Shown here: positions 41,374 through 51,256 of the stretch, piece after piece
How the letters are laid out: every line of letters starts with the position of its first letter
How positions within the stretch are numbered: the stretch's first letter is position 1
Assembly: GCA_963666285.1 (NCBI GenBank)
Contig: OY762711.1
Source of the DNA: Sedimentisphaerales bacterium
Lineage (GTDB): Bacteria; Planctomycetota; Phycisphaerae; Sedimentisphaerales; SM23-30
DNA length: 64,000 nt
Strand: one strand, 5' to 3'
Position numbers and translations under genes: made by a program
Notes under the pieces: model-generated
What the model was told of the DNA's origin: nothing
Databases searched by the model: none
Seen by the model: the letters and a program-made list of their open reading frames with translations, nothing else

Positions 41374-41409
41374 TTCTCCAATCCTCCAAAATAAACTAGA
41401 ATTTAAGAC

Positions 41410-43104
41410 TTATTCAAAAATCAATACAGGTTCTGCCCATAAAAACCAGTCAGAATAAATATTTGTCGGCTTTACATTCCTGCCACGTTTTTTATCATAG
41501 ATCTCTGCATTTATAGGCGAGCCTTCTGTAACTGCTATTGTTAAGAATTTAGCGTTTTCAGGTAATTCAACATTAACATTCTCTATCTGGCCGCCCTCTA
41601 CATTTTGTTTTCCATATACCAACTGGTTATCAACAAATATCCAGATATCCACTCCAGCAAGATCCAGGCCATTTGCGCTTTCACTTATACCACCTTTTGC
41701 ACAAAATCGTCTAATTTCTACGCCCGGTAAATCGTTACGAATAGCTTCCAGGTCATATGTAACTCCAAGGTTTGCATGCATGAATATAGAATGATTTCGA
41801 TTTGTTCCATACTCAATGTTCTCAAGAACAAAAGACCGAGCAAATTCGCTTAATGTCCCATATAAAAGATCACATGAATATAACCCGGATGTATCTGGAA
41901 ATTCTCTGAATATATAACCGTTAGAATTGATTTGACTTGACCCGTCTGGAACAAATACACCATCAACATACCTGATGGCCTGAGAAATATGATATTTTGA
42001 ATCACCTTGTCGAGCCTTAAACCTGAGTTCTTCATGCTTTAAGGATTTTAACATTCCTGTACTCGCTTCAATAACACAGTTTAGCTGTCCAGTCCCAAAG
42101 CCATTGCCACCACCAACAATATCAGAAAGATCCATTTTCTTTTGACCTCGCCATATTACGCCGGCATCTGAATCAATTTCACGTACAAAATATTCTTCTG
42201 CTAAAGGTATTGCCTGAATTTCATTATTATTGGCGTTAAACCTCCTGGCATGATTCTCTTTTAGATTTCGGCATATACTATCTGAATCTGGAAAACTGGA
42301 GTAATATTGAACTTCGCCCTTAATTACATGCAGCTCGGATGATTCATTTGATCCGACAAACACTCCAAATTCCGTCCCTAAATCGATAAACCTGGCATTT
42401 GGTGTATCGACCGCAAAGCCATGCCCTGATGACGGTACACTTGAGTATAATCTGCCGGAAATAAAATCAATACCTTTCTTTTCAATAGCAAACTCTGCCG
42501 GCCCTTCTATAATAACCTCAACCTTATTATCATATAATATCTTTACTATGCCCTTATCAATCTTATATGGAGGCTGGTTAATCTTGATCCTCTCATTGAT
42601 TTCAATCCCATCTGAATTACTATCCCATACAACATTAACTTGATCAACCAGCGTTGCTACTGGTACTGAATATTGAGGAGGGTATATATTCGCATAAATA
42701 ATAAAGAAGACCAATACTACAGCCGCTAAAGAAACAATACCATTGAATAAAGTAAAAAACTTGCTGGACTTAGAAGGTGATTTAGTGACTTCATTTTCGA
42801 TACTGATCTGCTGAATATTGCCTGCTTCATCTTCTACAGCAGGAGCCTGTGTTTCATTTGCCAGCATCTCTCTTATAAACACCTGCGTGTCACAGTCTTC
42901 AGCATTTTCTTCAAGACTGGAAATACCTTGCATGGTGTTCATATTTATATGAGACCATAATACGTCTAGATAATAATCAACAGCTTCAGGGTGTCTTTTT
43001 AATATCTCCTCGAGTTTAGTAAATTCCTCTTCTGAAATTGTTCCATTAAGTGAACTAACAGTCAAGTATGATATTTCATATATTAGTTTTTCATCCTGAC
43101 TCAT
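41410..43104 (-). CDS. FecR-like anti-sigma factor with C-terminal NPCBM-like domain
   Basis: Transmembrane helix; GFAVDTPNARFIDLGTEFGV; IFMHAN.GVTYDL..IR; DWFLWAEPVL. Confidence 0.85.
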   Translation of the reverse strand: MSQDEKLIYEISYLTVSSLNGTISEEEFTKLEEILKRHPEAVDYYLDVLWSHINMNTMQGISSLEENAEDCDTQVFIREMLANETQAPAVEDEAGNIQQISIENEVTKSPSKSSKFFTLFNGIVSLAAVVLVFFIIYANIYPPQYSVPVATLVDQVNVVWDSNSDGIEINERIKINQPPYKIDKGIVKILYDNKVEVIIEGPAEFAIEKKGIDFISGRLYSSVPSSGHGFAVDTPNARFIDLGTEFGVFVGSNESSELHVIKGEVQYYSSFPDSDSICRNLKENHARRFNANNNEIQAIPLAEEYFVREIDSDAGVIWRGQKKMDLSDIVGGGNGFGTGQLNCVIEASTGMLKSLKHEELRFKARQGDSKYHISQAIRYVDGVFVPDGSSQINSNGYIFREFPDTSGLYSCDLLYGTLSEFARSFVLENIEYGTNRNHSIFMHANLGVTYDLEAIRNDLPGVEIRRFCAKGGISESANGLDLAGVDIWIFVDNQLVYGKQNVEGGQIENVNVELPENAKFLTIAVTEGSPINAEIYDKKRGRNVKPTNIYSDWFLWAEPVLIFE

Positions 43105-43676
43105 TTCAAACCCTCACACCGTAAATTTCTACGAAAACAAATTGCCAGTTTTGCGTGAATATTAGAAATAATCCTGTGAATTGAAGGAGGTTTTTTACTG
43201 ATTCTTAAAGATATCTGCTTCAAGGTTAATTCATCTTTATATCTCAATTTAAGCAAAGATTTTTCTTTATTGGCTAACTTTTTTACACATTTATTGAGAA
43301 TATCAATATGATCATCAAGGTTTCCAATTCTGGACTTTACTCTTGCTGCAATTGTCTCACATATCTCTGAATCAAATTGCATCTTGCTGTTTTTGGAAGC
43401 CCGATAAAAATGGAAAACTTTATACTTGGCTATCGTTATTGCCCAGGCAGCAAAATCAGTACCAGGTACAAAAGTTTCATATTTATTCCACATCTCCGAT
43501 GCCGTTTCCTGATATATATCTTCAGCATCATTAATATTTGGAACCAGACTAATGATAAAGGCTTGAATGTGTCTTTGATTAGCCATCAGCAGCTTGATAA
43601 AATCATTTTTATCAAAACCGGAATTGTTATTTGAATTTACATTACTCATAAAATACTCACTAAGAACATATATCAA
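43101..43676 (-). CDS. ECF sigma-70 factor (Planctomycete type)
   Basis: AEDIYQET..EMWNKY..FVPGTDFAAWAITIA; LNKCVKKL...LLKLRY; start may be ATG 43649. Confidence 0.9.
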   Translation of the reverse strand: MIYVLSEYFMSNVNSNNNSGFDKNDFIKLLMANQRHIQAFIISLVPNINDAEDIYQETASEMWNKYETFVPGTDFAAWAITIAKYKVFHFYRASKNSKMQFDSEICETIAARVKSRIGNLDDHIDILNKCVKKLANKEKSLLKLRYKDELTLKQISLRISKKPPSIHRIISNIHAKLAICFRRNLRCEGLK

Positions 43677-44127
43677 TCACATTAAGGATCAAAAAATTAG
43701 CATAAAAATATAAAACCATCATTCCATACAACATAAATATAATAATTATAATGATTTATATACATGACAATATTGTATGTTTTTTAAATTTAGATTTATC
43801 TGCCCCAAATCACTTTAGCCTATATCAGTCATCGAAAATATTAGCATGAACAATTTACTAATTTGTAAAAAATATACCTTCAACAAAAATATGAGGTGCT
43901 AAACAGATAACAGACACTTGTTGAGAGGTCTATATTCTAATATAAACAAGGAGAAGTTATCATTGGAAAATGTGTAAAATGCCATATAAGATAGATAGGA
44001 CAATATCTGAGAATATCCCCCACTCATCCTTGTCCAAAATCAGACAAACCTCCTCATCCACCCTGTCCAATTCGTGCCCAATTCCCCACTCAAATTTCCC
44101 CTCTCCCAAGTCAAAACTGCGTACACT

Positions 44128-44393
44128 TGCGCACACAGCCATTTTTTAGGGAATATTTAAAATAGAGAAAGCCTCATAAGTTATTTACTTACAAGGCTTT
44201 ATTAAGTACGCCATTTAGGACTCGAACCTAAAACCCACGGATTAAGAGTCCTAGCCCCGCCTCATAAAGCCTTTATTTACAGCACCTTATAAGCCATTTT
44301 TTGCGTAAAAATGGCGATTACAGGACAACAACAAGACAACACTAACCTCAATAACACGAGGTTGACAGTTGCGATTGACACCATTTTGACACC
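44128..44393. repeat. att-like junction copy 2 (uninterrupted)
   Basis: Left arm, hairpin and tRNA core (44128-44251) contiguous with the right arm (44252-44393). Confidence 0.92.
44207..44251 (-). pseudogene. 3' half of tRNA-Lys(CTT) (att core)
   Basis: Identical to 15477-15521; lacks the 5' half. Confidence 0.85.
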
Positions 44394-45086
44394 ACAATCC
44401 TTGTTGAGTCCTTTCAAACTAAACGAAATTTCAAGTCGATAATACATTACCTAGAAAGCACTTAAACCCAATATGAGTTTTTGCCTATTACGCGACAGCT
44501 TTTCAATAAGGATAAAAACAAAGAGCATGCCAAATATAGAAACATTGGATTATTCCACAAAAAAATAAGGTTTGATGCCAAATAATGCGCAAAAAAACTG
44601 CCACTACGACAGTTACATTTCACCCAAACTGCCAAAGCGGCATATACGCGCAATTGATGATTATCAATTAGGTCGGCATTTTAACTACAAAACTTAAAAC
44701 AAACAAGTATATTTTCCTATTATTTACTACTAATTACCATAAATAACTATATATTCCCCCTCGGATGACACCTTTTATGCTCTTTTTACAAATCAACAAT
44801 AGTCAAATCACAGTAAACATTCGAGCTAAGCAAACTGGTATCCCCAAGCAAGTCTTTAACGTGCATTACATTAGCACGATTTTTCACCATATCTGTAGCA
44901 CATGACCGGCGAAATGTATGCGGGGTAATATGCTTTGCTTAGCATATCTTACACTTCAACCATCCTATTTATACCATTTTGACACCGCGATTATTGTTTA
45001 GAGCTTTTGATTAACGCAAAACAATCCAAGCTATAAAGCATTAAATACAAAAACTTAAATCAAAGATGACTTTTTGCCTATTACGC
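44380..45086. repeat. Pair of ~114-bp imperfect direct repeats (44380-44493 and 44973-45086)
   Basis: ACCATTTTGACACC, ACTTAAA and ATGA(G/C)TTTTTGCCTATTACGC all recur at an offset of 593 bp. Confidence 0.75.
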
Positions 45087-45320
45087 CTCAAAGGCCTGGT
45101 TCGCAAAATCTGCTCAGCGAATTAAGTAAAAAGCGACTAACTTAATTTGTCTAACAGTGCAAATGTGCAAACAAAAACTCATGTGGTTAATTGAAATAGC
45201 AGATGGAACTAGTCGCTGCCTCTCTCAATTAAGCGAAACATAGATCTAAGCTCTTGAAAAATAAGATTAACCAACCAGAATGAGAATCACTCCGGCTGGA
45301 TAATCAAAATATTTCATATA

Positions 45321-45479
45321 TTACTTCACCCGTCCACTACATTTAGGACAGTGAATATGCCAATGCAACCCCTTAAACTCTCGTTTGAAATTCTGTGAAC
45401 AATTATTACAATACCTAGCTCCGCATTTCTCGCATTGATAAACTCTTTTAGTGCTATCACACATTTCACATTTTGCCAT
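45321..45479 (-). CDS. 52-aa Cys-rich zinc-ribbon microprotein (not in ORF track)
   Basis: Manual translation MAKCEMCDSTKRVYQCEKCGARYCNNCSQNFKREFKGLHWHIHCPKCSGRVK; four CxxC motifs; AAGGA RBS-like sequence upstream. Confidence 0.7.
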   Translation of the reverse strand: MAKCEMCDSTKRVYQCEKCGARYCNNCSQNFKREFKGLHWHIHCPKCSGRVK

Positions 45480-45533
45480 AAAATTTTCCTTTCTTCAAAA
45501 AATATATTAAAAAAACAAAATATAGTTAATATC

Positions 45534-45767
45534 TTAATGTGGCCGACTTGGGCAAACCGATCCACCACAAAGCGGACAACGAGAAGTTTCCGGTTTTGAT
45601 GCTTCATAAGAATAAGAGCATGATTGACATCTGTGCAACCACTTGCCATGCCCTGACCCGCCTTCTGAATATCTCATAACTTTTTTACAGTCATCACAAA
45701 ATTTTGTTTCATTATAATCACTTCTCTCAGTAGCATTACATACTGGGCAAACATAAGTGTAAGCCAT
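45534..45767 (-). CDS. 77-aa double zinc-ribbon microprotein
   Basis: Start refined to MAYTYVCPVC (ATG 45767, AGGAG RBS); CPVC, CDDC, CQSC, CPLC. Confidence 0.75.
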   Translation of the reverse strand: MAYTYVCPVCNATERSDYNETKFCDDCKKVMRYSEGGSGHGKWLHRCQSCSYSYEASKPETSRCPLCGGSVCPSRPH

Positions 45768-45829
45768 AATATTTCTCCTATTAAAAAAATAATGTAAAAG
45801 AAATAAAATATATGTTAAGTAATAAAAAA

Positions 45830-48800
45830 TCAACTAAATTCTTCAAAATCGGCTCTCTTATCCCACTTTTTTGCGTCCTCTTCATAGTCTTTAGCAATAC
45901 TATCCAATATTGATGCAGTTTTAATCCATTTGATTCTTATTTCATCAGCATACTCTTTATACTTTTTCGATAACTCCCATTCCTGCTTTCCACCTGATCC
46001 TCGAAAAACTGCTCCTCTTTGATTCAAGACTCCAACACCAAACCCATCATGTATAGCTTTATTATAAATATCTTCAATAACATCTCTAACTTCTACGCAC
46101 GGAAATATCCCATCATCAGCTAGTGGGGCATGAGATAATATTTTTCCAATATGAGAATCGCAAAGTCCAACGATGCCAATCTTGTCAGCAAGTTCACGAG
46201 CCTCTTGTATCCACCATTTAAGCTTAGCAACATCAACACTAACTCCATCTTCAGTTTTGGCTAAACCTGGGATGGTGTGAATTCCATTAAGTAAGTGATA
46301 TCCATGCTGTGCTATTCCGCTATCCCTTCCCTGTTCCATTTTATTTCCATCGTCATCAAGATTACAAATTAGTTTAAGTATGGAGATAAATAAGTCAGGA
46401 GAAGAACATACTGTGCTATAAAGTACCTTTATACCTCTTTTTGAATTTTCGAGTAAACGCAAATAACTCCATTCAAGGTTAGAAACTATATTTTCATCAA
46501 CATCTAACGAATCTAAGTAGCAAAATAACTTTTCAATATAATAGCTATTGGCTTGCCTGTTGGAATGCCGAGAAACTGGTTCATTTTTAACTTCCAGAGC
46601 GAATTGTAATAAATCAGCCACGACTTCTCCTGAAGGTAGCTTGGCATGCTCCGATTCGTCACATCTTTCAATTAGCATTGCGAGTAATTCAATTGCATCA
46701 CAAGGATTAGAATATTGTTTCCACTTTTCAAGTGCTATTTCCCATTGCTTTCTCAGTTCAAATCTCGTACCAACATTCAGCCAATACATTTTTTCTACAT
46801 CACTGCCCCATTCCTTAACTTTATCCCATACTGCTTGAGAAGAAGGTAAACATAGTGCTAGGTTTGAATATATGTTATCATTCCAAACAATATTGTATTC
46901 TAACACTTTACTTAACCACTCCTCACTATTTCCAGATTGATTACAATCAGTACAGATATAGCTACGCCCAAACTGCAATAAAGGGCTACATGATAACTGG
47001 TCAGGTGATATTGATAATGCCTTTTGAAAAATCAAATTTACTTCTTCTTTTTCTAACTTGATACTTGCAGTTGTTTGTCCTACGTTTGATGGAATTATGA
47101 CACTCTCAGCTAGCCTTAAAACACCGTCAATTCCATATTGATCATACACTTCATTACACGAGCTAATTCTTTTCTCACTAATCCATTTTTCCCATTCATA
47201 CCCATAGCGTCCATCTGGGCATTCAGGATCATTGGGCTCCCATGTGAAATATGTCTTTACTTTCAACACAGAATCAGATAACTCAAATTTATTATTTATA
47301 TCGTCAAGGTGAGACAGTGCATATTCATCCAAAGCCCAATCAGCATCATTATATGTTCTGTGCCGCTTGATCATTTCATTTAATGTTTCTTTTACAATAG
47401 CTTTATCATTGTCATCCCAAGAATTAACATCAATTTGCATTAGAGAGTCAAATATTATTTTGCCAACTTTTGGCGATCCTTTTTGAATATCCGGATACAT
47501 CTCTAACAGTTCTGATATTCGATTAGGATTACTATCGCACCAGCTAACCATTTTTGTAACCAATACTAAAACAAACTCCCAATACTCTTTGTTTGTGACA
47601 ACTCTCTCTTTTACTTCCCCTAAATAATCAGGTCTTACCGTAGGTGAAGTGATGGCATGCGATTTTGGTAATAATCCAATTGCAACTTTCCATGTTACGT
47701 CTGGAGAGCCCATATACATCCTATCAAGCACATTTACAGAATCATTTAACTCCTCTGAATGTTGAGGTCTCCAGGGAAGTAATATTCTTACTAAACTATC
47801 AAGAGGATTATTCCCGCCAATGTTATTTGGTGCATTTTCAGCAAGTTTTACGAGGATTAATAATACATTATGAAAATATTCATGCATCCATGCAAGTTGT
47901 TCCAATGCCCACAGTAAAAATACATGTGGACTTGTTTGGGTAAATATATCTTGAGTGCCTGAAGAGTCAGGGTAAAACATAGTGGGATTTTTCAACAGTA
48001 TTTCTTCAAGAGAGTCTAAAAAAACAATAGGAGCAGCTTCAGCCAATTCCGAATATACATTTCTTAGTGATATCCACCTAATCTCGGCGTCAGGCAATGA
48101 AGGAGAAATCAAATCTCGAATAATTTTGTTTGCCCATCGTTGTCCTTCACTATGTACTATTGCTAATCTTGCTAGAGAATCAGCTAGTCCTTTACAAAGA
48201 AACCCTGAATATTTTCTAACCTTACCTAGAAGCTGAGCCATACCACGTTTAGAAACTTCAAGGTCTAATGATGGATCTCTTTCACCTATTACTTCAATCA
48301 CAATTTCTTGAAAATTATCTAATGTGGACCTTGTTATTTTTGATGCCAACTGACTCCATACATACTCCTTTGAAGCTGATAGCCAGCATCCATCTTGGCA
48401 TATCCAAGGTCCATCAGGTAACAATGTAGTATGTATCAGATTTTCAATTTCACGATAGCTCTTTCCTGATATTTTTTCAATAATCTTACGATCATTGAGG
48501 TTACTTTCTACCCAACCGCCAGCAAGTAATATTGATGCATGCACTGTAGCATCATTTTGCATTACCCATTTTGGCGATAGATTTGAATCCGCACCTAAGA
48601 TCCAAAATAAAGCAGCTAATGATCCCTTTGAATCAACAACAATTTGCCTGACTTTGTGTTCAGAATAATCAAAATATTTTGATAAATAACTTTCAAGGGC
48701 AGCTCTATTGCATTTCCCAAGAGTAATCTGTTCGTCATTTCTGGTATTACCACTTACCCCGCCTGAAATCCTTGGAATAATTATGCGCCACTTTGGAACA

Positions 48801-49675
48801 TTTTTGGCTTTGATTATTCCCAAAACTTCACAGTCCAAAGGGACAATTATTATGGGTTCGTTGTATGTCGCTAGTAAATTAATATTTGCATCTTTATCAG
48901 CAAAAATCATAGGAGGACATTGAGAAAAGTCGTCGCTTTTAACCTTTACTAATGAAGCTAGAAATAATGCTACTTCATCAACCGATTCTCCGTAAACTTG
49001 GATTTCATTTCTACTGCTAGTGATTGCCTCAACTAGCTCATCTTTAACCTTATTTCGGCCAGCAAAAACCAGCTCTGGAGATAACTCAAAATTGTATAAT
49101 ATTTCTTGAGTTTTTATGTATTGATTAACATCGTATAACCCTTTGGCAGGTAGTCCACAGACATCACAAAACCAAAGCATTACTACTGGACATTGCTCCA
49201 TCCAACTTACAATATCAGTTGAATCATATACACGAATGTCTTTCCACTCTGAATCGTTGGTATTCTTTCTTACCCATTCATGGTAACCCCATTTTTGTGA
49301 TGTGACAAATATGTAAGTTGAATTACTTGGTTTAATATCATCTTGCAGGTTTGAAAAATGCTTGGCTAGTTTTTCATCTGAACTCTTAAAATCATCATCG
49401 GCTTTTCTTTTTGGTTCTTTTGAAGTTCCAAATTCCCACAACGAAACACCATGCGGTATAAATTGATTATTGAACTGATTATCAGTAACCAATATCCCAT
49501 CAGCCCCTGGAAGGTTAATCTGATCGCCATAAGGGAATCGCTTCCAATTTATATGTTTTCGATCAATGCTTGCAGTTACTAATTTGTCAATTAACTGAGC
49601 TAACAGTTCTTGCCCATCTCTTCTGTCTGATGATAAATATTGCTCAATTGTTGTAGCATCTATAAATGATCTCAT
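45830..49675 (-). CDS. 1281-aa protein with N-terminal PD-(D/E)xK-like nuclease domain and long helical region; putative defence protein
   Basis: Intact long ORF; N-terminal PGADG...SLWEFGT...KADDD resembles restriction-endonuclease folds; no clear Walker A motif seen. Confidence 0.6.
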   Translation of the reverse strand: MRSFIDATTIEQYLSSDRRDGQELLAQLIDKLVTASIDRKHINWKRFPYGDQINLPGADGILVTDNQFNNQFIPHGVSLWEFGTSKEPKRKADDDFKSSDEKLAKHFSNLQDDIKPSNSTYIFVTSQKWGYHEWVRKNTNDSEWKDIRVYDSTDIVSWMEQCPVVMLWFCDVCGLPAKGLYDVNQYIKTQEILYNFELSPELVFAGRNKVKDELVEAITSSRNEIQVYGESVDEVALFLASLVKVKSDDFSQCPPMIFADKDANINLLATYNEPIIIVPLDCEVLGIIKAKNVPKWRIIIPRISGGVSGNTRNDEQITLGKCNRAALESYLSKYFDYSEHKVRQIVVDSKGSLAALFWILGADSNLSPKWVMQNDATVHASILLAGGWVESNLNDRKIIEKISGKSYREIENLIHTTLLPDGPWICQDGCWLSASKEYVWSQLASKITRSTLDNFQEIVIEVIGERDPSLDLEVSKRGMAQLLGKVRKYSGFLCKGLADSLARLAIVHSEGQRWANKIIRDLISPSLPDAEIRWISLRNVYSELAEAAPIVFLDSLEEILLKNPTMFYPDSSGTQDIFTQTSPHVFLLWALEQLAWMHEYFHNVLLILVKLAENAPNNIGGNNPLDSLVRILLPWRPQHSEELNDSVNVLDRMYMGSPDVTWKVAIGLLPKSHAITSPTVRPDYLGEVKERVVTNKEYWEFVLVLVTKMVSWCDSNPNRISELLEMYPDIQKGSPKVGKIIFDSLMQIDVNSWDDNDKAIVKETLNEMIKRHRTYNDADWALDEYALSHLDDINNKFELSDSVLKVKTYFTWEPNDPECPDGRYGYEWEKWISEKRISSCNEVYDQYGIDGVLRLAESVIIPSNVGQTTASIKLEKEEVNLIFQKALSISPDQLSCSPLLQFGRSYICTDCNQSGNSEEWLSKVLEYNIVWNDNIYSNLALCLPSSQAVWDKVKEWGSDVEKMYWLNVGTRFELRKQWEIALEKWKQYSNPCDAIELLAMLIERCDESEHAKLPSGEVVADLLQFALEVKNEPVSRHSNRQANSYYIEKLFCYLDSLDVDENIVSNLEWSYLRLLENSKRGIKVLYSTVCSSPDLFISILKLICNLDDDGNKMEQGRDSGIAQHGYHLLNGIHTIPGLAKTEDGVSVDVAKLKWWIQEARELADKIGIVGLCDSHIGKILSHAPLADDGIFPCVEVRDVIEDIYNKAIHDGFGVGVLNQRGAVFRGSGGKQEWELSKKYKEYADEIRIKWIKTASILDSIAKDYEEDAKKWDKRADFEEFS

Positions 49676-50557
49676 GATTAATCTAACCTTCCCAATATAG
49701 TATGAATTTTGCTAATATTTATAAGTTCATATTATAAGCATATTTTATCAGATTAAAATAGGAATACAACCATGCCATAAACTGCATATTTCTGTTGTTC
49801 CGTTCCGTTTTTCAATAATCATGCTAGTATTTTGATAACTCACATTATAATAAGCACTTAAGAATATTGCTGTTGTTCCCGTTCCAGGGGCTTTATATTA
49901 CGTTCCATATCTACACAAGCATTTTTCATAATTATTCATACATTATTCATTACTTTACCCGTGAACGAAGAGAGCGGGTTTCCATACCCATCTATCATCA
50001 TTTACCCAATACATCCCACTATCAAATCCCATTATTCCAAAACCTTAAATGGCGATGAGCATGCGAAGAGCCTATTACGTTTTGGGCTTACCACAACATC
50101 AATTCTACCCATCTTTTCCTTTTCATTCCCATACATACACTTATTCTACTTCTTATCTCTTCCCCATTTTTCCCACTGTCACGCCCACCTTCACTCCTAA
50201 CTTTTTCCCGACTTTTTACGTTTTTAGCGGAGCGACCCTGAAAGGGGAAAAACCTAAAATGGCGGTGCTACGCCAAACACATTTGAAGCTAGCCCGACCA
50301 TTACCATTAAATAAAGGCAATAGAATTTTGTATTCTACTGCCTTTTCTATTACCTCAAAACTTACAAATTTATTATCAAATTCTATACAATACGCTAGTC
50401 ACAGCCACTATCATTTAGCCCATCTTGAAAACCGTCTTCGTATATTTTGTTAATAATAATTTCCAAATCATCATCAAATACTGCTGTTTCAATTTTTAAT
50501 AAATCACGTATTATTTGAATTTTACTTTGTGAATACTTATCCATTTTATGCTACTCC

Positions 50558-51115
50558 TTATTGATTCAACTCAAACTTTCCAGGCAATGCTTTCTTAAAG
50601 CGAGCATTATTACCCTTGCTCTTTATCTCCCGCAGGAAAGTCGCATACAAAGTATTAGCAGGTGTCTTGCCACCCTTGGCAGGTTCCCAGATTTTCCGTT
50701 CCAATGCAAGCTCAACAATATCCTTACAAGCCATCGGCTCTTTTGCATCCCGCAAGATTTCTATTGCTGCTCCAACCAAAGTAACCCTCTTATCCGGTGC
50801 TACCTTTTCAGTATCAGCCTTTACTTTATTAACAACTTTTTTAGTAACCTTTTTCTCAGCAGGTTTAGCTTTTTTAACAGTCTTCTTAGCTACCTTCTTT
50901 ACCGCTTTTTTAACAACTTTCTTTTCCTCCTTTTTAGGTGCGACCGCCGAAGTTACCAACTGTCCTGCTGTCTTAATATGAATCGTTTTTTCTGTTGCGG
51001 TATTTATCGTATCCCAGCCTCCCGATTCATGTTTCCCCGTAATTTTTACCGTTACAAGGCTATTTCTAACTTTAGTCTGGTAAATTCCGCCAATTCTTAC
51101 ATCTTCTGCTTTCAT
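50558..51115 (-). CDS. HARE-HTH (winged helix) protein with Lys/Ala-rich histone-like linker
   Basis: KKAVKKVAKKTVKK linker; C-terminal AAIEIL....PM.CKDIV...GGKTPANTLYATFLREI...KG..ARF.K...GKF. Confidence 0.75.
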   Translation of the reverse strand: MKAEDVRIGGIYQTKVRNSLVTVKITGKHESGGWDTINTATEKTIHIKTAGQLVTSAVAPKKEEKKVVKKAVKKVAKKTVKKAKPAEKKVTKKVVNKVKADTEKVAPDKRVTLVGAAIEILRDAKEPMACKDIVELALERKIWEPAKGGKTPANTLYATFLREIKSKGNNARFKKALPGKFELNQ

Positions 51116-51256
51116 TTTTAGTCTCCTAAAATATTAGTAATTACTTACAGGGCAATAACTTACATGCCCTAAAACGACTGAGACATTACCTCTGAAAGCA
51201 AATTGCATCAAGTCAATTATCACTTTTTTATCAAAGAAATTTCAAATTGTTTGATA

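Larger units (their letters stand above)
15477..44251. mobile_element. Putative 28.7-kb integrative island bounded by tRNA-Lys 3'-half direct repeats, no cognate integrase inside
   Basis: Identical tRNA fragments at both ends with conserved arms; mixed cargo (PAD, AbiE, transposases, carbohydrate cluster). Confidence 0.7.

Noticed and set aside
44473..44496. dif/Xer site (reverse complement GTCGCGTAATAGGCAAAAACTCAT)
   Set aside because: The left half loosely resembles a XerC arm, but there is no TTATGTTAAAT-like XerD arm.
45326..45649. 107-aa minus-strand ORF from the track
   Set aside because: It is an alternative frame across the two CxxC microgenes, which have better RBSs and coherent motifs.
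49867..50453. Three overlapping plus-strand ORFs (63, 79 and 134 aa)
   Set aside because: Low-complexity translations of pyrimidine-rich intergenic DNA with no motifs or RBS.
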